A stretch of DNA of 64,000 bases from Gammaproteobacteria bacterium (GTDB lineage Bacteria > Pseudomonadota > Gammaproteobacteria > SZUA-140). Of this stretch, positions 1 through 9,384 are shown in pieces. The position numbers and the translations under genes are program-made. The DNA lies in assembly GCA_016218365.1 (NCBI GenBank), contig JACREF010000005.1, forward strand, positions 130-64,129. The letters are read 5' to 3'. The notes under the pieces were generated by a model. It had not been told where the DNA came from. It saw nothing but the letters and a program-made list of their open reading frames with translations, and did not search any database. Each line of letters begins with the position of its first letter. Within the stretch, counting starts at the first letter, position 1.

Positions 1-831
1 AGTGACCTTGCGGGGTTCGGTATCCAGCGTCTCGACACCGATCACCACGGCCTTCCCGGTCCGGTCAGCGTATTCGAGCTCATCGAGCGCATGCGAGATC
101 ATGCCATCGGACCCCTGGGCGAAGTTACGGTAGTCCATGATCGCGACGTAATCATAGATATCCTGGGCATGGTCACTGAGCCGCTGCCGCTTGCCGCGCC
201 ACGTTATATTGTCGATACCGTCAAACCAGAACGGCATCGCCGGCCCGACTGCCAGAGCGTCCCCGGACTGACGTTTCAGACGCATGAATTCCGCTGCAAG
301 ATCTAGGTACTGAATAGCGCGCAGCGTGCGCTTTGTGCTCCAGTCATCGAGCAGGTAGGGCTCAATATCGACATTGACTCCGTCAAAGCGCTCAAGCTCG
401 ACGCTGCCGGCGTTATAGCGCAGCACATTCTTGAACATCGCTGTTGCAGTCGCACGCCGCCACGGCAGGATATACTCCTGGGTATTGAGGTATATCGAAC
501 CGAGCAGCGCATAGACCTTGAACCCCCGGCCGTGCAGCGCGGCAATCAGTCGCCGGTACTTGCCGGGTTCGTCGCGGATGATGTTGCGCTTCCGGGAACG
601 GTCTGCATACAGATAAACAGTGGTGATATTCTGATGAGCGAGAAATGAAAATGTCTCGTCCCACTGATCCTCCCGGTCCAGTAACTGGAAGGTATCATCC
701 TCCCAGACCCAGAGCGCGCGGGCAGCGGGCGTGGCGGCCACCGCGGCACACAGATCCGCAATGCCAAACTGGGCAATACATAGCAACACCCCCCACCATC
801 GCATACTGGACCGTACGAGACCAAACAGCAT
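1..831 (-). CDS. Partial (3' end beyond window edge) putative glycoside-hydrolase-like GHL10/DUF4015 family periplasmic protein; probable signal peptide at N-terminus
   Basis: Manual translation of minus strand in frame not reported by ORF track (runs off window): MLFGLVRSSMRWWGVLLCIAQFGIADLCAAVAATPAARALWVWEDD...YALLGSIYLNTQEYILPW...FDGIDNITWRGKRQRLSDHAQDIYDYVAIMDYRNFAQGSDGMISHALDELEYADRTGKAVVIGVETLDTEP; coherent protein-like sequence, start ATG ~829-831 (alt. ~802-804) 14 nt downstream of the preceding gene stop. Confidence 0.55.
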   Translation of the reverse strand, partial: MLFGLVRSSMRWWGVLLCIAQFGIADLCAAVAATPAARALWVWEDDTFQLLDREDQWDETFSFLAHQNITTVYLYADRSRKRNIIRDEPGKYRRLIAALHGRGFKVYALLGSIYLNTQEYILPWRRATATAMFKNVLRYNAGSVELERFDGVNVDIEPYLLDDWSTKRTLRAIQYLDLAAEFMRLKRQSGDALAVGPAMPFWFDGIDNITWRGKRQRLSDHAQDIYDYVAIMDYRNFAQGSDGMISHALDELEYADRTGKAVVIGVETLDTEPRKVT

Positions 832-844
832 GGAGCCGCCGGAA

Positions 845-2881
845 TCAGCGCTGCGAAAAATAGGCCGCATGCTCGTCGTCCGGCATCAGGGTTAAGTCAT
901 GCATAAACTTGCCATTACTCGCCTTGTAGCGGTCGAATTCCAGGCGCAGTTCCAGCCGTTTTCCATCGTCCTTGATCGGCTCCAGGTCCATGTTCTCACC
1001 GATCCTGAACAGTGTATCCTCGTTGAGAAAATACATCCCGGAGATATAATCAATCAGATTATTGATGGTGTGCTTCAGCGGATAGTGGTGGATATTGCGC
1101 AATGCAGGGCTCATATCCAGCCCCGAGCCGACCCAGGTGACCCGGTCCGGCGCCTTGATATGATAGTTTTTCTTCAGGAACGCCAGCAGCGATGGCGTGA
1201 TGTCCAGATGCGAGGAGATGGACTTGATCTGCGCCGTGCGCTTCAGCAACGGTGAATAGATGATCAGCGGCACGTGATAGCGATCAACCTTTGTCGCCAG
1301 CGGGATCTCCGGCAACCGGTGATCGCCGGTGATCACAAAGATGGTGTTGTTATAGGATGGCAGCCTCGCCTGCTCCTCGAAATAACGCCGCAGCGCGGCA
1401 TCGGTATAGAGGATGGTCGAATAAATCTTCTGATACTGGCGATATTTCTGTTTTTGATCCTCGGTGAAACCCAGCTGGCTCATGCGCTCCTCGAATAGCT
1501 GCAGATACTGCTGCTGACCGGTCACCGTATAAGGGGTATGCATGCTGATCGTCTGAATATAGTCCAGGTACGGTGTCCGCGCATCATCGCGTTCCGTCAC
1601 CAGCGCCTTGCGCAACACCTCGGCATCCGCGTAACCCCAGTAGGCGTCCGGCAGCCGCGGATAGCCGGGCCCATAATCGTCGGCGCCGATCATCAGATCG
1701 ATGTTCTGGTGTTGCAGAAAGCTGCGCTGGTTATCGAAGTCCAGACCATTACCGCAATAAAAGCGGGTCCGATAGCCGTTGCGCTTCAGGATACTCAGCA
1801 GCGTCAGATGTTTCGGCATCCGCGCCCCCAGGGCATTGAACCCCTCGTCACCAAACGGCAACGACCCCAGGATCGATGGCAACGACGCAAAGGTCCGTCC
1901 CTGGGAGGCCAGGAAGTTCTCCCAGTACAGACTGCTCCCGGCCAGTTCATCGAGAAAGGGCGTGAAGCTGCCGAGGTAGGCATCGGAACCACTGAAGGCC
2001 CGTCCCAGCCCCTCGACTGCGATGAACACGATGCTGGGTGGCGATGCCGGGTTGATTGTGAAATAACTGCCCAATACATCGGGGGTATCGTCGGCGCGCA
2101 GAAACGGGTACTGCGGGTCGAGGGGATCAACCCGAGCAGCCTGTGATGCCGTGTACGACACGGTTCCAGGCACAGCGGAGACGGCAGCGTGTTCACGCTT
2201 GATGAAATAGCGATAGGCGTCTGCAATAAAGAATGCCCCCTTGTTCAGGGCCAGACTGTTTGCAAACTCGTTCTTAAGCGCAGCCCGGGCGGACGGCGCA
2301 GAGATGCCTGAGACTGCCAGGACGATCCCGGAGATCAGGGCAACATACACCACCAGCGGTGTCAGCAGCACGCGCCTGTTGACATCCATCAGTACCATCC
2401 AAAAAACAGTAAATGGCACAACGAAGCTGAGCACAGACAGCATGGAGATCTGGTAACCGGCGCGCGCGGTAACCAGGATATCCGCCAGTGAATAGCCGAA
2501 CAGGTCGGCCCCCAGCGGCACCCGCGTCACGAAGAAGTAATTGACAAGGATCAGATAGCCGGCAAGGACCAGTGAGCCGACGATGCCATAACAGCGGAGA
2601 TCGGCACGCCTGCCACGGAAGACCTGGCGCAGCAGCAGAAACACCGGCAGCAGAAACACGAGCAGCTGCAGCAAGAACAGCAGGTCCGACCAGAACGCCC
2701 GGATGATCAGCGTCGCAAGATCGGCGGGAATCTCGCTCGTCATCGCAACCCCGGCCAGCTCCACACATCGTACCGCCAGGAAGGCAGGCAACAACGCCAA
2801 CGACAGGTTACCGAACTTCAGCAATCCTTCATGCAGCCATGCCAGGCGTGCCGCCGCCCCTGTCGGTATAAAGCTATCCAT
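845..2881 (-). CDS. LTA-synthase / sulfatase-family (alkaline phosphatase superfamily) membrane protein, MdoB/LtaS-like phosphoglycerol- or phosphoethanolamine-type transferase
   Basis: 678 aa; N-terminal multi-TM region followed by sulfatase-type domain with ...NTIFVITGDHRLPEIPLATKVDRYHVPLIIYSPLL... motif typical of the family. Confidence 0.8.
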   Translation of the reverse strand: MDSFIPTGAAARLAWLHEGLLKFGNLSLALLPAFLAVRCVELAGVAMTSEIPADLATLIIRAFWSDLLFLLQLLVFLLPVFLLLRQVFRGRRADLRCYGIVGSLVLAGYLILVNYFFVTRVPLGADLFGYSLADILVTARAGYQISMLSVLSFVVPFTVFWMVLMDVNRRVLLTPLVVYVALISGIVLAVSGISAPSARAALKNEFANSLALNKGAFFIADAYRYFIKREHAAVSAVPGTVSYTASQAARVDPLDPQYPFLRADDTPDVLGSYFTINPASPPSIVFIAVEGLGRAFSGSDAYLGSFTPFLDELAGSSLYWENFLASQGRTFASLPSILGSLPFGDEGFNALGARMPKHLTLLSILKRNGYRTRFYCGNGLDFDNQRSFLQHQNIDLMIGADDYGPGYPRLPDAYWGYADAEVLRKALVTERDDARTPYLDYIQTISMHTPYTVTGQQQYLQLFEERMSQLGFTEDQKQKYRQYQKIYSTILYTDAALRRYFEEQARLPSYNNTIFVITGDHRLPEIPLATKVDRYHVPLIIYSPLLKRTAQIKSISSHLDITPSLLAFLKKNYHIKAPDRVTWVGSGLDMSPALRNIHHYPLKHTINNLIDYISGMYFLNEDTLFRIGENMDLEPIKDDGKRLELRLEFDRYKASNGKFMHDLTLMPDDEHAAYFSQR

Positions 2882-2917
2882 CGCCTACATCAATACCGGG
2901 GCTGTCATCAGGCTGTT

Positions 2918-3700
2918 TCACCAGCGGAACAGCAGGCTGAGCGACAGGCTGCGCTCTGCGAAGGCATTCTTCTCGTCGCTGCTACTGGCCGCAAGCTTGA
3001 CGCCCCACTGCCGGCCATAGTATTTGCGGAACGCGACGCCGATGCTCCGGCTCTTCGTGATATCGAGCACCTGACTTTGATGGCGATATTCCCGGCCGTG
3101 ACTGAAACCACCATTCAGCTCGAGATAATCGTCGCCGTTCCCCGCGTAATAATAACGGGCGATCGCGCGGTGTGACACACCTGGCTCGGCGTCCGATGGA
3201 ATGAAGAGCGTCTTCCAGCGATAATACCAGTCGCCACGGTAGGCGCCGAGCCCGAGTCCGTACATATCAACACGGCTGCTGGTAAAATCCATGTGATCAT
3301 AACTGGCGGCAAGCTCCCACCCCTGCCCGGCCCCCTGGAACAGCTCCACCCGGTAAGCGTCGTCAGGGAAAAACACACTATCAGCTGTATATTGATATCT
3401 GACATTGGCATAGGCCCGGGACCACACATCGAGGTAGCCATCGAGTGCGATGGCTTCGTCGGTCAAGGCGAAACGGCTGGCCTGCAGATACTCGGCAGCG
3501 AGCGAGCCACGTTCCCAATGACGGCGCGCCGACGCACCGTACTCACGCCATTGATCGCGGGCAGGCGAGAAATTGCTGACACCGTAATCGATACTCGCCG
3601 ACCAGCGGGGATCTTCCGGTGTGGCGGCCGCCTCCGCGCTCTGCTCCAGGACGGCCAGCAGCATGCAGACCCCCGCCACCCGCAGCGTTCTTGATTTCAC
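2918..3700 (-). CDS. YaiO-family outer-membrane beta-barrel protein (signal peptide, C-terminal aromatic residue ...LLFRW)
   Basis: 260 aa, N-terminal signal peptide MKSRTLRVAGVCMLLAVLEQSAEAA, alternating hydrophobic/aromatic beta-strand pattern, terminal F-R-W; first gene of a 3-gene minus-strand operon. Confidence 0.5.
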   Translation of the reverse strand: MKSRTLRVAGVCMLLAVLEQSAEAAATPEDPRWSASIDYGVSNFSPARDQWREYGASARRHWERGSLAAEYLQASRFALTDEAIALDGYLDVWSRAYANVRYQYTADSVFFPDDAYRVELFQGAGQGWELAASYDHMDFTSSRVDMYGLGLGAYRGDWYYRWKTLFIPSDAEPGVSHRAIARYYYAGNGDDYLELNGGFSHGREYRHQSQVLDITKSRSIGVAFRKYYGRQWGVKLAASSSDEKNAFAERSLSLSLLFRW

Positions 3701-3829
3701 TATGATTGCATCCCCGAATCAACCGCCCAAGGATAACGGATCACTGACCGCGAATTCAACTGCAGCCGGGGCTGTAACTGAGCTGCCTCAGCAACAGACA
3801 GCGGATGATCCAGGATGTGATCGAGGGCA

Positions 3830-4480
3830 TCATCCTTCGTCAGTCTGTGTCGCGCCGGTCAGCGGCACAAAAATCACCGATAACACTTGCTGCGTATCAT
3901 AATGATCACCTTCGCCACGGGTGATCCGCTGCAGCGACTGGCTGCAATACGGATGACCGACCGGGATCACCAGCCGCCCGCCCGGCTTCAGCTGCTGCAG
4001 CAGCGCCGGCGGCACGGCCTGGGCCGCGGCGGTGACGATGATGCTGTCATACGGTGCATGCTCCGGCAACCCCAACCCGCCATCGCGCTTCTGGACATGG
4101 ACATTGTGATAACCGAGCCTGGACAAGGTCTCGCCGGCCTGCATGGCCAATGAGTCGATGATCTCGATGCTGTAGACGGTCTTGACCAGATGGGACAGCA
4201 CGGCGGCCTGGTAACCGGAACCGGTACCGACCTCCAGCACGGTGTGCCCAGGCTGCGGATCGAGCAGCTGGGTCATCAATGCCACAATGAACGGCTGCGA
4301 TATGGTCTGACCGGCTCCGATGGAGAGTGCGCGATCATCATAGGCATAGTCACGCTGATGCTCCGGCACAAACTCTGCGCGCGGCACGGCGCGCATTGCT
4401 TGCAAAACTCGCGCCGCCAATACTGGACAGCCTGTCAAACTGCCGCACAACGCCGCCTCATGCACGATGGTATCGATCAT
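3830..4480 (-). CDS. pcm: Protein-L-isoaspartate O-methyltransferase
   Basis: Motifs [56 protein letters not shown]; ORF-track start (4594, TTG) is an upstream extension, likely true start MIDTIV ~4480. Confidence 0.85.
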   Translation of the reverse strand: MIDTIVHEAALCGSLTGCPVLAARVLQAMRAVPRAEFVPEHQRDYAYDDRALSIGAGQTISQPFIVALMTQLLDPQPGHTVLEVGTGSGYQAAVLSHLVKTVYSIEIIDSLAMQAGETLSRLGYHNVHVQKRDGGLGLPEHAPYDSIIVTAAAQAVPPALLQQLKPGGRLVIPVGHPYCSQSLQRITRGEGDHYDTQQVLSVIFVPLTGATQTDEG

Positions 4481-4621
4481 CGTGTCCGTCGCTGACAACT
4501 TCTCTTTTCTCACCTGTTCCACTCTGCCATAATGGAAGCCTACAGTCCAATTGGGCACCTGTGCATCACTCACTGTGTTCCGCCGTTGATGCAATGCCGA
4601 TGCCCTGCGCAGGAGGTGCGT

Positions 4622-4918
4622 ATGGCAAGCGTATACCCGGAGATAGGCGTATGGTATCGCGACCTTGAGGGACGCCTGCTGTGCATCACCGCCGTCGATG
4701 ACGATGATCAGAGCATCGAGGTGCAGTATTTCGCCGGCGAGATCGAAGAGTTTGATCTCGAGGTCTGGCGACAGTCACTGATGATCGAGACGGCCCCGCC
4801 CAAGGACCTCAGCGGCTCCTTCGATGATCTGGAGGGAGACGAACGTGGCGATCCCGACAAGGTGTTCTGTCCCGAGGAATGGGGTGGGGCGTTGCGGATG
4901 CTGGAAAAGGCCTCTTGA
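4622..4918 (+). CDS. Small acidic hypothetical protein (~98 aa)
   Basis: ORF 4532..4918; plausible start MASVYPEIGVWYRDLEGRLL... at ~4622; no recognisable family from sequence alone. Confidence 0.35.
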   Translation: MASVYPEIGVWYRDLEGRLLCITAVDDDDQSIEVQYFAGEIEEFDLEVWRQSLMIETAPPKDLSGSFDDLEGDERGDPDKVFCPEEWGGALRMLEKAS

Positions 4919-4924
4919 TAGTGC

Positions 4925-5185
4925 GCCGCGATCCCCTATACGCCCTTCGATACGCGACTGTGTCGCTACTCAGGACAGGCCCTGATGTACCGATCGTGGT
5001 GAGTAGGCGCCCTTCGATACGCGGCTGGGGCCGCTACTCAGGACAGGCTCTAAATGCCGATCGTGGTGAGTAGGCGCCCTTCGATACGCGACTATGTCGC
5101 TACTCAGGACAGGCTCTTCGATATGCAGTCAGGGCTGCTACTCAGGGCAGGCTCAAGCGCCGTATCGAACCATGAACGGTACGGA
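4925..5185. repeat. REP/BIME-like array: ~6 clustered 35-40 nt palindromic units (consensus CCTTCGATACGCGAC-N3-GTCGCTACTCAGGACAGGC plus GCCTACTCACCACGA(A/T)CGG units)
   Basis: Direct reading; same units in both orientations recur at ~22040-22265, ~27890-28255, ~60195-60365. Confidence 0.75.
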
Positions 5186-5186
5186 A

Positions 5187-7616
5187 CTATGCAACCTCAT
5201 CGTCACCGTGGCCGCGTGGTGGCGCGGTATATTCATGCCGCAGGTCGGCCAGATATTGCAGGCGATCGGCCACCGCACGGTTGACCGATCCTTCCGGATA
5301 ATTTCCTGACTCATCGATGCTGCCGGCGCTGATGCCGGTCAGCATCTCCAGCGCCTCATCAACGGAGGAGATGGCATAGATGTGAAAGCGCCCGGCAGCC
5401 ACTGCAGCCACCACGTCGCTGCGCAGCATCAGGTTCAGCATATTGCTGCGCGGGATGATGACACCCTGCTGACCGGTAAGGCCACGGGTAATGCAGACAT
5501 CAAAATAGCCCTCGATCTTTTCATTGACACCACCGATCGGCTGTACCTCGCCGTGCTGGTTCATCGAACCGGTGATCGCCAGCGACTGCCGCACCGGGAT
5601 GCCGCATATCGCCGACAACAGCGCACAGCATTCGGCCAGTGATGCGCTGTCGCCCTCGACGATGCCATACGACTGCTCGAACACGATATTGCCGGTCAGC
5701 GACAACGGCCGCGCATAGGCATAACGTGAACCGATGAACGAGGCCAGGATCAGCACCCCCTTGGAGTGCAAGGCACCACCGAGCTCGACCTCACGCTCGA
5801 TATCGACGATCTCCCCTTCACCGAGCCGCGCCGTCGCCGTCACCCGCGCCGGCAGCGCGAAGCTGAACTCGTCCAGATCGACGACGAACAGGCCATTGAC
5901 GGTACCGGGCTGCATGCCATCGGTGCGGATCAGGATCTGGTCACGCTGGATGGCCTGATGCAGATTGCGGCGCATCCGGTCCTGGCGCTGGACCTGCATG
6001 TCGATGGCCTGCTGCACATCCGGCGCCTCGGCCTGGCTGGCCTTGCGCTCGCGCGCCCAGAAATCGGCCTCGCGCAACAGATCGGCCATACTCAGCCGAT
6101 GGGCCGTCAGCCGGTCGCGATCACCGGCCAGACGCATGCTGTGCTCAATGATCCGGGCCACGGCGCCGGCGCTAAACGGCAACAGCCCTTCACCCCGGAT
6201 CATCGCCGCCATCATCCGGGCATACAGCAGGGCATTGGCGCTGCTGAACTCCAGATGGTCCTCAAAATCGGCCGCCACCTTGAACAGCTCACGGAATTCC
6301 GGGTCATAACTCAATAGCAGGTAATACAACATCCGGTCACCGAGCAGCACCACCTTGATATCAAGCGGGATCGGCTCCGGCTCCAGTGACTGTGTCGCCA
6401 TCAGACCATAGATCTTGCCCAGCGATTCGATGGTCAGCGTCCGGGAACGCAAGGCCCGCTTCAACGCCTCCCAGGCATAGGGCATCGTCAGCACCTTGTG
6501 GGCATCCAGCACCAGGTAGCCGCCGTTGGCCTTATGCAAGGCACCGGCCTTGATCAGCAGGAAATCGGTGACCAGCGCGCCGAGCTGCGACAGGTATTCG
6601 ACGCTGCCCACCAGATTCTGGTGCAACGGGCTGTCTTCATAGCACACCGGCGCCCCATTCTGCTCATGGTGCGACACCAGCACGTTGACGCGGTAGCGGC
6701 GAAACGCCGCCTCGGCCGCGGCATCACCCTGCAACGACGGTGCGCCCTCATCCGGGATCAGGAATTCATTCAAATGGTCTATGACATCATCCTGCAGCGC
6801 GTTGAAATACACCTGCAGCTTGTCCTGGTCACGATAACGGTGGCGCAGCTCATCAATCAGATGCTTGACGGCAAACAGGCCGACATCATCATTGATGGTG
6901 CGGATGCCCTCGCGCATCTCGCGCTGCCATTGCGGGATCTGATGGATGACACTTTGCAGCTGCTCCTGCAGCGCCTTGATCTGCGCGGATATCTCGTCGC
7001 GGCGCTGCTCCGGCAGCGCCTCGAACTCATCGGGCTCGACGACCTTGCTGTCCTGCAACGGCGTGAAGGCGAAGCCCTCGGCCGTTTTCAGTAAAGCAAT
7101 GTCCTTGGTGGCGGCCTCATCGGCCAGGGCATGAAAGGCCTGCTCGCGCCGCTGCTTGTACCTTTCCTCTACCCCATGAATCCGCGCATGATATTCCTCG
7201 GTCTCGAAGGCCAGCGTGATGGCAGTGCGCAGATCCCCCACCAGCCGTTCCATGTCCTGACGGAGCCGGATAGCGGTGCCGGCAGGCAATGACAGCGCCA
7301 TCGGCTGATGCGGGGCGGAAAAGTTATACAGATAACACCAGTCGACGGGCTGCGGGTCCGCCGCTGCCTGCTGCTTGAGATAGCGCTCGACCAGCGTGTG
7401 TTTGCCAATGCCATTGGGGCCGAGCACAAACAGGTTGTAACCCTCGCGCCGGATACCGACGCCGAACCTCAGCGCATCAGTGGCGCGCTGCTGGCCGATG
7501 ATATCGGCGGCCGGCTCCAGTTCAAGGGTAGTGCGAAATGACAGCGTATCAGGATCACAGCGCCGGTACAGCTCCGCCGCAGACAACTCGGTGATTGACA
7601 CACTCGCCCCTCGCAT
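5187..7616 (-). CDS. Lon-protease-family protein (YcbZ/LonH-like): N-terminal AAA+ ATPase, C-terminal Lon S16 proteolytic domain
   Basis: 809 aa; Walker A LGPNGIGKHTL; C-terminal GVLILASFIGSRY...IVFEQSYGIVEGDSASLAECCALLSAICGIPVRQSLAITGSMNQHGEVQPIGGVNEKIEGYF matches Lon Ser-Lys dyad region. Confidence 0.8.
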   Translation of the reverse strand: MRGASVSITELSAAELYRRCDPDTLSFRTTLELEPAADIIGQQRATDALRFGVGIRREGYNLFVLGPNGIGKHTLVERYLKQQAAADPQPVDWCYLYNFSAPHQPMALSLPAGTAIRLRQDMERLVGDLRTAITLAFETEEYHARIHGVEERYKQRREQAFHALADEAATKDIALLKTAEGFAFTPLQDSKVVEPDEFEALPEQRRDEISAQIKALQEQLQSVIHQIPQWQREMREGIRTINDDVGLFAVKHLIDELRHRYRDQDKLQVYFNALQDDVIDHLNEFLIPDEGAPSLQGDAAAEAAFRRYRVNVLVSHHEQNGAPVCYEDSPLHQNLVGSVEYLSQLGALVTDFLLIKAGALHKANGGYLVLDAHKVLTMPYAWEALKRALRSRTLTIESLGKIYGLMATQSLEPEPIPLDIKVVLLGDRMLYYLLLSYDPEFRELFKVAADFEDHLEFSSANALLYARMMAAMIRGEGLLPFSAGAVARIIEHSMRLAGDRDRLTAHRLSMADLLREADFWARERKASQAEAPDVQQAIDMQVQRQDRMRRNLHQAIQRDQILIRTDGMQPGTVNGLFVVDLDEFSFALPARVTATARLGEGEIVDIEREVELGGALHSKGVLILASFIGSRYAYARPLSLTGNIVFEQSYGIVEGDSASLAECCALLSAICGIPVRQSLAITGSMNQHGEVQPIGGVNEKIEGYFDVCITRGLTGQQGVIIPRSNMLNLMLRSDVVAAVAAGRFHIYAISSVDEALEMLTGISAGSIDESGNYPEGSVNRAVADRLQYLADLRHEYTAPPRGHGDDEVA

Positions 7617-7801
7617 GAATGTATTGATACGGACAGCTCACGGCTGACGCCGCCGCCAACACACCGTAGCAAATTTGCACTGCAGCGACAAGCAATGCCA
7701 TGCGACGCCAGGCAGTTATTCCCTGATGGATAGTATGAAAAATAGAGTGGCGCGAACGCACCGCATCAGCTGACCGGGAGGATCCTGTACCGGGACGTGG
7801 C

Positions 7802-8389
7802 CTATCCGGCCAGGCGTTTCTCCAGCATCGCGATCTGCTTGTTGATCTCCTCGGAGATATTGATCAGCTCCTGGCGGGCGAACAGATTCTCGACCTGGAT
7901 CTGGATCAGCCGGGCCACACGCTCCAGCAGCTGCTTGTCCTGCTCATCAAAATGCAGACCGCGTTTCTTGTTCAACACCTCGACAGCCCCGGTGACCCGC
8001 TGGCGGCTGGCGCCAAAGATCGGGACGCAGATGGCCGTATAGGTGATGAAGCCGGTCTTGATTGCCACCGCATCGTGGGCACCAATCTGGTTATCGAGAT
8101 CGTTCTCGATGACCGCCTCCCCGCTGCTGATGACCCGCCCGACCAGTGAGGTGCGTACCGGGACCGTCAGCTCCTGGGCCTGCAGACCGGTGCCGGCATG
8201 CAGCCAGACATCGTTCTTGACCGGATCATGGATGAAGATGCCGCAACGCTCGGCATCCAGCAGCCTGGGAAGGATATCGACAAAAAAATCCAGCAGTTCG
8301 CGATTGACGGTCTTCTGCCAGGTCTTGTTGATCATCTGCTGACGGGCCTTCAGCTCGTCGATCCGTTTCAGTGCCTGTGCCTTATCCAT
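7802..8389 (-). CDS. GAF-domain protein
   Basis: 195 aa, GAF-like core (CGIFIHDPVKNDVWL...VPIFGASRQRVTGAVEVLNKK) flanked by coiled-coil-like N and C termini. Confidence 0.65.
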   Translation of the reverse strand: MDKAQALKRIDELKARQQMINKTWQKTVNRELLDFFVDILPRLLDAERCGIFIHDPVKNDVWLHAGTGLQAQELTVPVRTSLVGRVISSGEAVIENDLDNQIGAHDAVAIKTGFITYTAICVPIFGASRQRVTGAVEVLNKKRGLHFDEQDKQLLERVARLIQIQVENLFARQELINISEEINKQIAMLEKRLAG

Positions 8390-8452
8390 GACGCCGTCCT
8401 CATATGGGCTTACCTCCGCTGTAGCGGCAGCCCACGGCCAGACTTCAGTGGT

Positions 8453-9301
8453 TCAGGCGGCCTGTTGCACCTGCAGGATATCAAGCATTTGATCAAGATA
8501 TAGACAGGACTTGTAGTAGGCATTATGCAGCTGCTGTTCGGACAGGCCGGCAACGAGCATCACCGCTTCGAGCTGTGCGGTAACGGCCGGCGGGTCGACC
8601 TCGCCACCGCCGATCGGGTCGGCGACCAGGTCGGCAATGTTCAGCAGCGCCGCACCCAGCGGAAAATTGACCGCCGCCGCAGGCTGATGGTGGCAGCTGA
8701 CGATCTCCTGCAGAAACGGTGGCAAACGCCAGCTCAGCATCAGCTCGCGGCCGACATCGGCGTGGCTGAACCCCAGCTCCCGGGTCTCGATGTCATGCAG
8801 CGGGGTCTTCATGTTGTCAGCGCGCTGACGCAGTTCAGCGCTGATCTCCGGCAATTTTTCCGCAATCACCAGCTCACCAAGATGCGACATCAATCCGGCG
8901 ACAAACATCGGCTCGGTGTATAACAGGTTGCACTCGACCGCCAGCTCCCGGTTCATCGCCGCACACGCCAGGCTGCGACGCCAGAAGGCCCGGCCATCGA
9001 TGCCGGCGAGTTTCAGCGTGGAGAATTTACTGACAATGGCCGCGGACAGGACCATGTCACGCAGGCCTTTGGTGCCGACCAGCGTCACCGCACGGGAGAT
9101 CGAATCGATGCGGCCACTCATGCCGTATAACGGGCTGTTGGCAAGCTTCAGTACCTTGGCCGACAGCTCCAGGTCCAGCGCCATGGCGTCGGCAATCTGC
9201 TTGGCGGAGGCGGTGCGTTCGACGAGCTCATTGATCTGCAGCACATTCTCCGGCAATGAAAAGCTGCCCCGTGCACCGCGTACCATATCCTGTGGTGTCA
9301 T
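8453..9301 (-). CDS. HDOD-domain signalling protein
   Basis: 282 aa; LKLANSPLYGMSGRIDSISRAVTLVG, FWRRSLACAAMNRELA, HDIETRELGFSHADVGRELMLSWRLP are HDOD hallmarks. Confidence 0.8.
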   Translation of the reverse strand: MTPQDMVRGARGSFSLPENVLQINELVERTASAKQIADAMALDLELSAKVLKLANSPLYGMSGRIDSISRAVTLVGTKGLRDMVLSAAIVSKFSTLKLAGIDGRAFWRRSLACAAMNRELAVECNLLYTEPMFVAGLMSHLGELVIAEKLPEISAELRQRADNMKTPLHDIETRELGFSHADVGRELMLSWRLPPFLQEIVSCHHQPAAAVNFPLGAALLNIADLVADPIGGGEVDPPAVTAQLEAVMLVAGLSEQQLHNAYYKSCLYLDQMLDILQVQQAA

Positions 9302-9384
9302 GATCGCTACTCTTATGAAGGTTGACGGGCAATGCCTTAACGATTTATTAAGGATTTGTTCAAATGAATTATGATGTTACTTTA

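Noticed and set aside
303-824. Three minus-strand ORFs (546-824, 413-664, 303-545) from the track
   Set aside because: Out-of-frame artefacts; the real gene is the GHL10-like ORF in the third minus frame, which the track omitted because it runs off the window start
3830-4594. ORF-track N-terminal extensions (pcm, SBP 14664, methyltransferase 14547, permease 19710, ATPase 20552, gdh 20561, MBL 23452, DHFR 39627, pyrF 55679, ihfB 57563, cmk 60453, aroA 61706)
   Set aside because: Extensions use rare TTG/GTG starts, lack RBS, often overlap neighbouring genes or repeat arrays, and homologues start at the internal Met
4925-5185. Clustered repeats might be CRISPR arrays
   Set aside because: Units alternate orientation, spacers are not unique/uniform, and no cas genes are present; these are REP/BIME-type palindromes
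5187-7616. Lon-like protease could be BrxL of a BREX system
   Set aside because: No pglX/pglZ/brxABC genes nearby; sequence is collinear with stand-alone YcbZ/LonH-type Lon homologues, and neighbours are housekeeping genes
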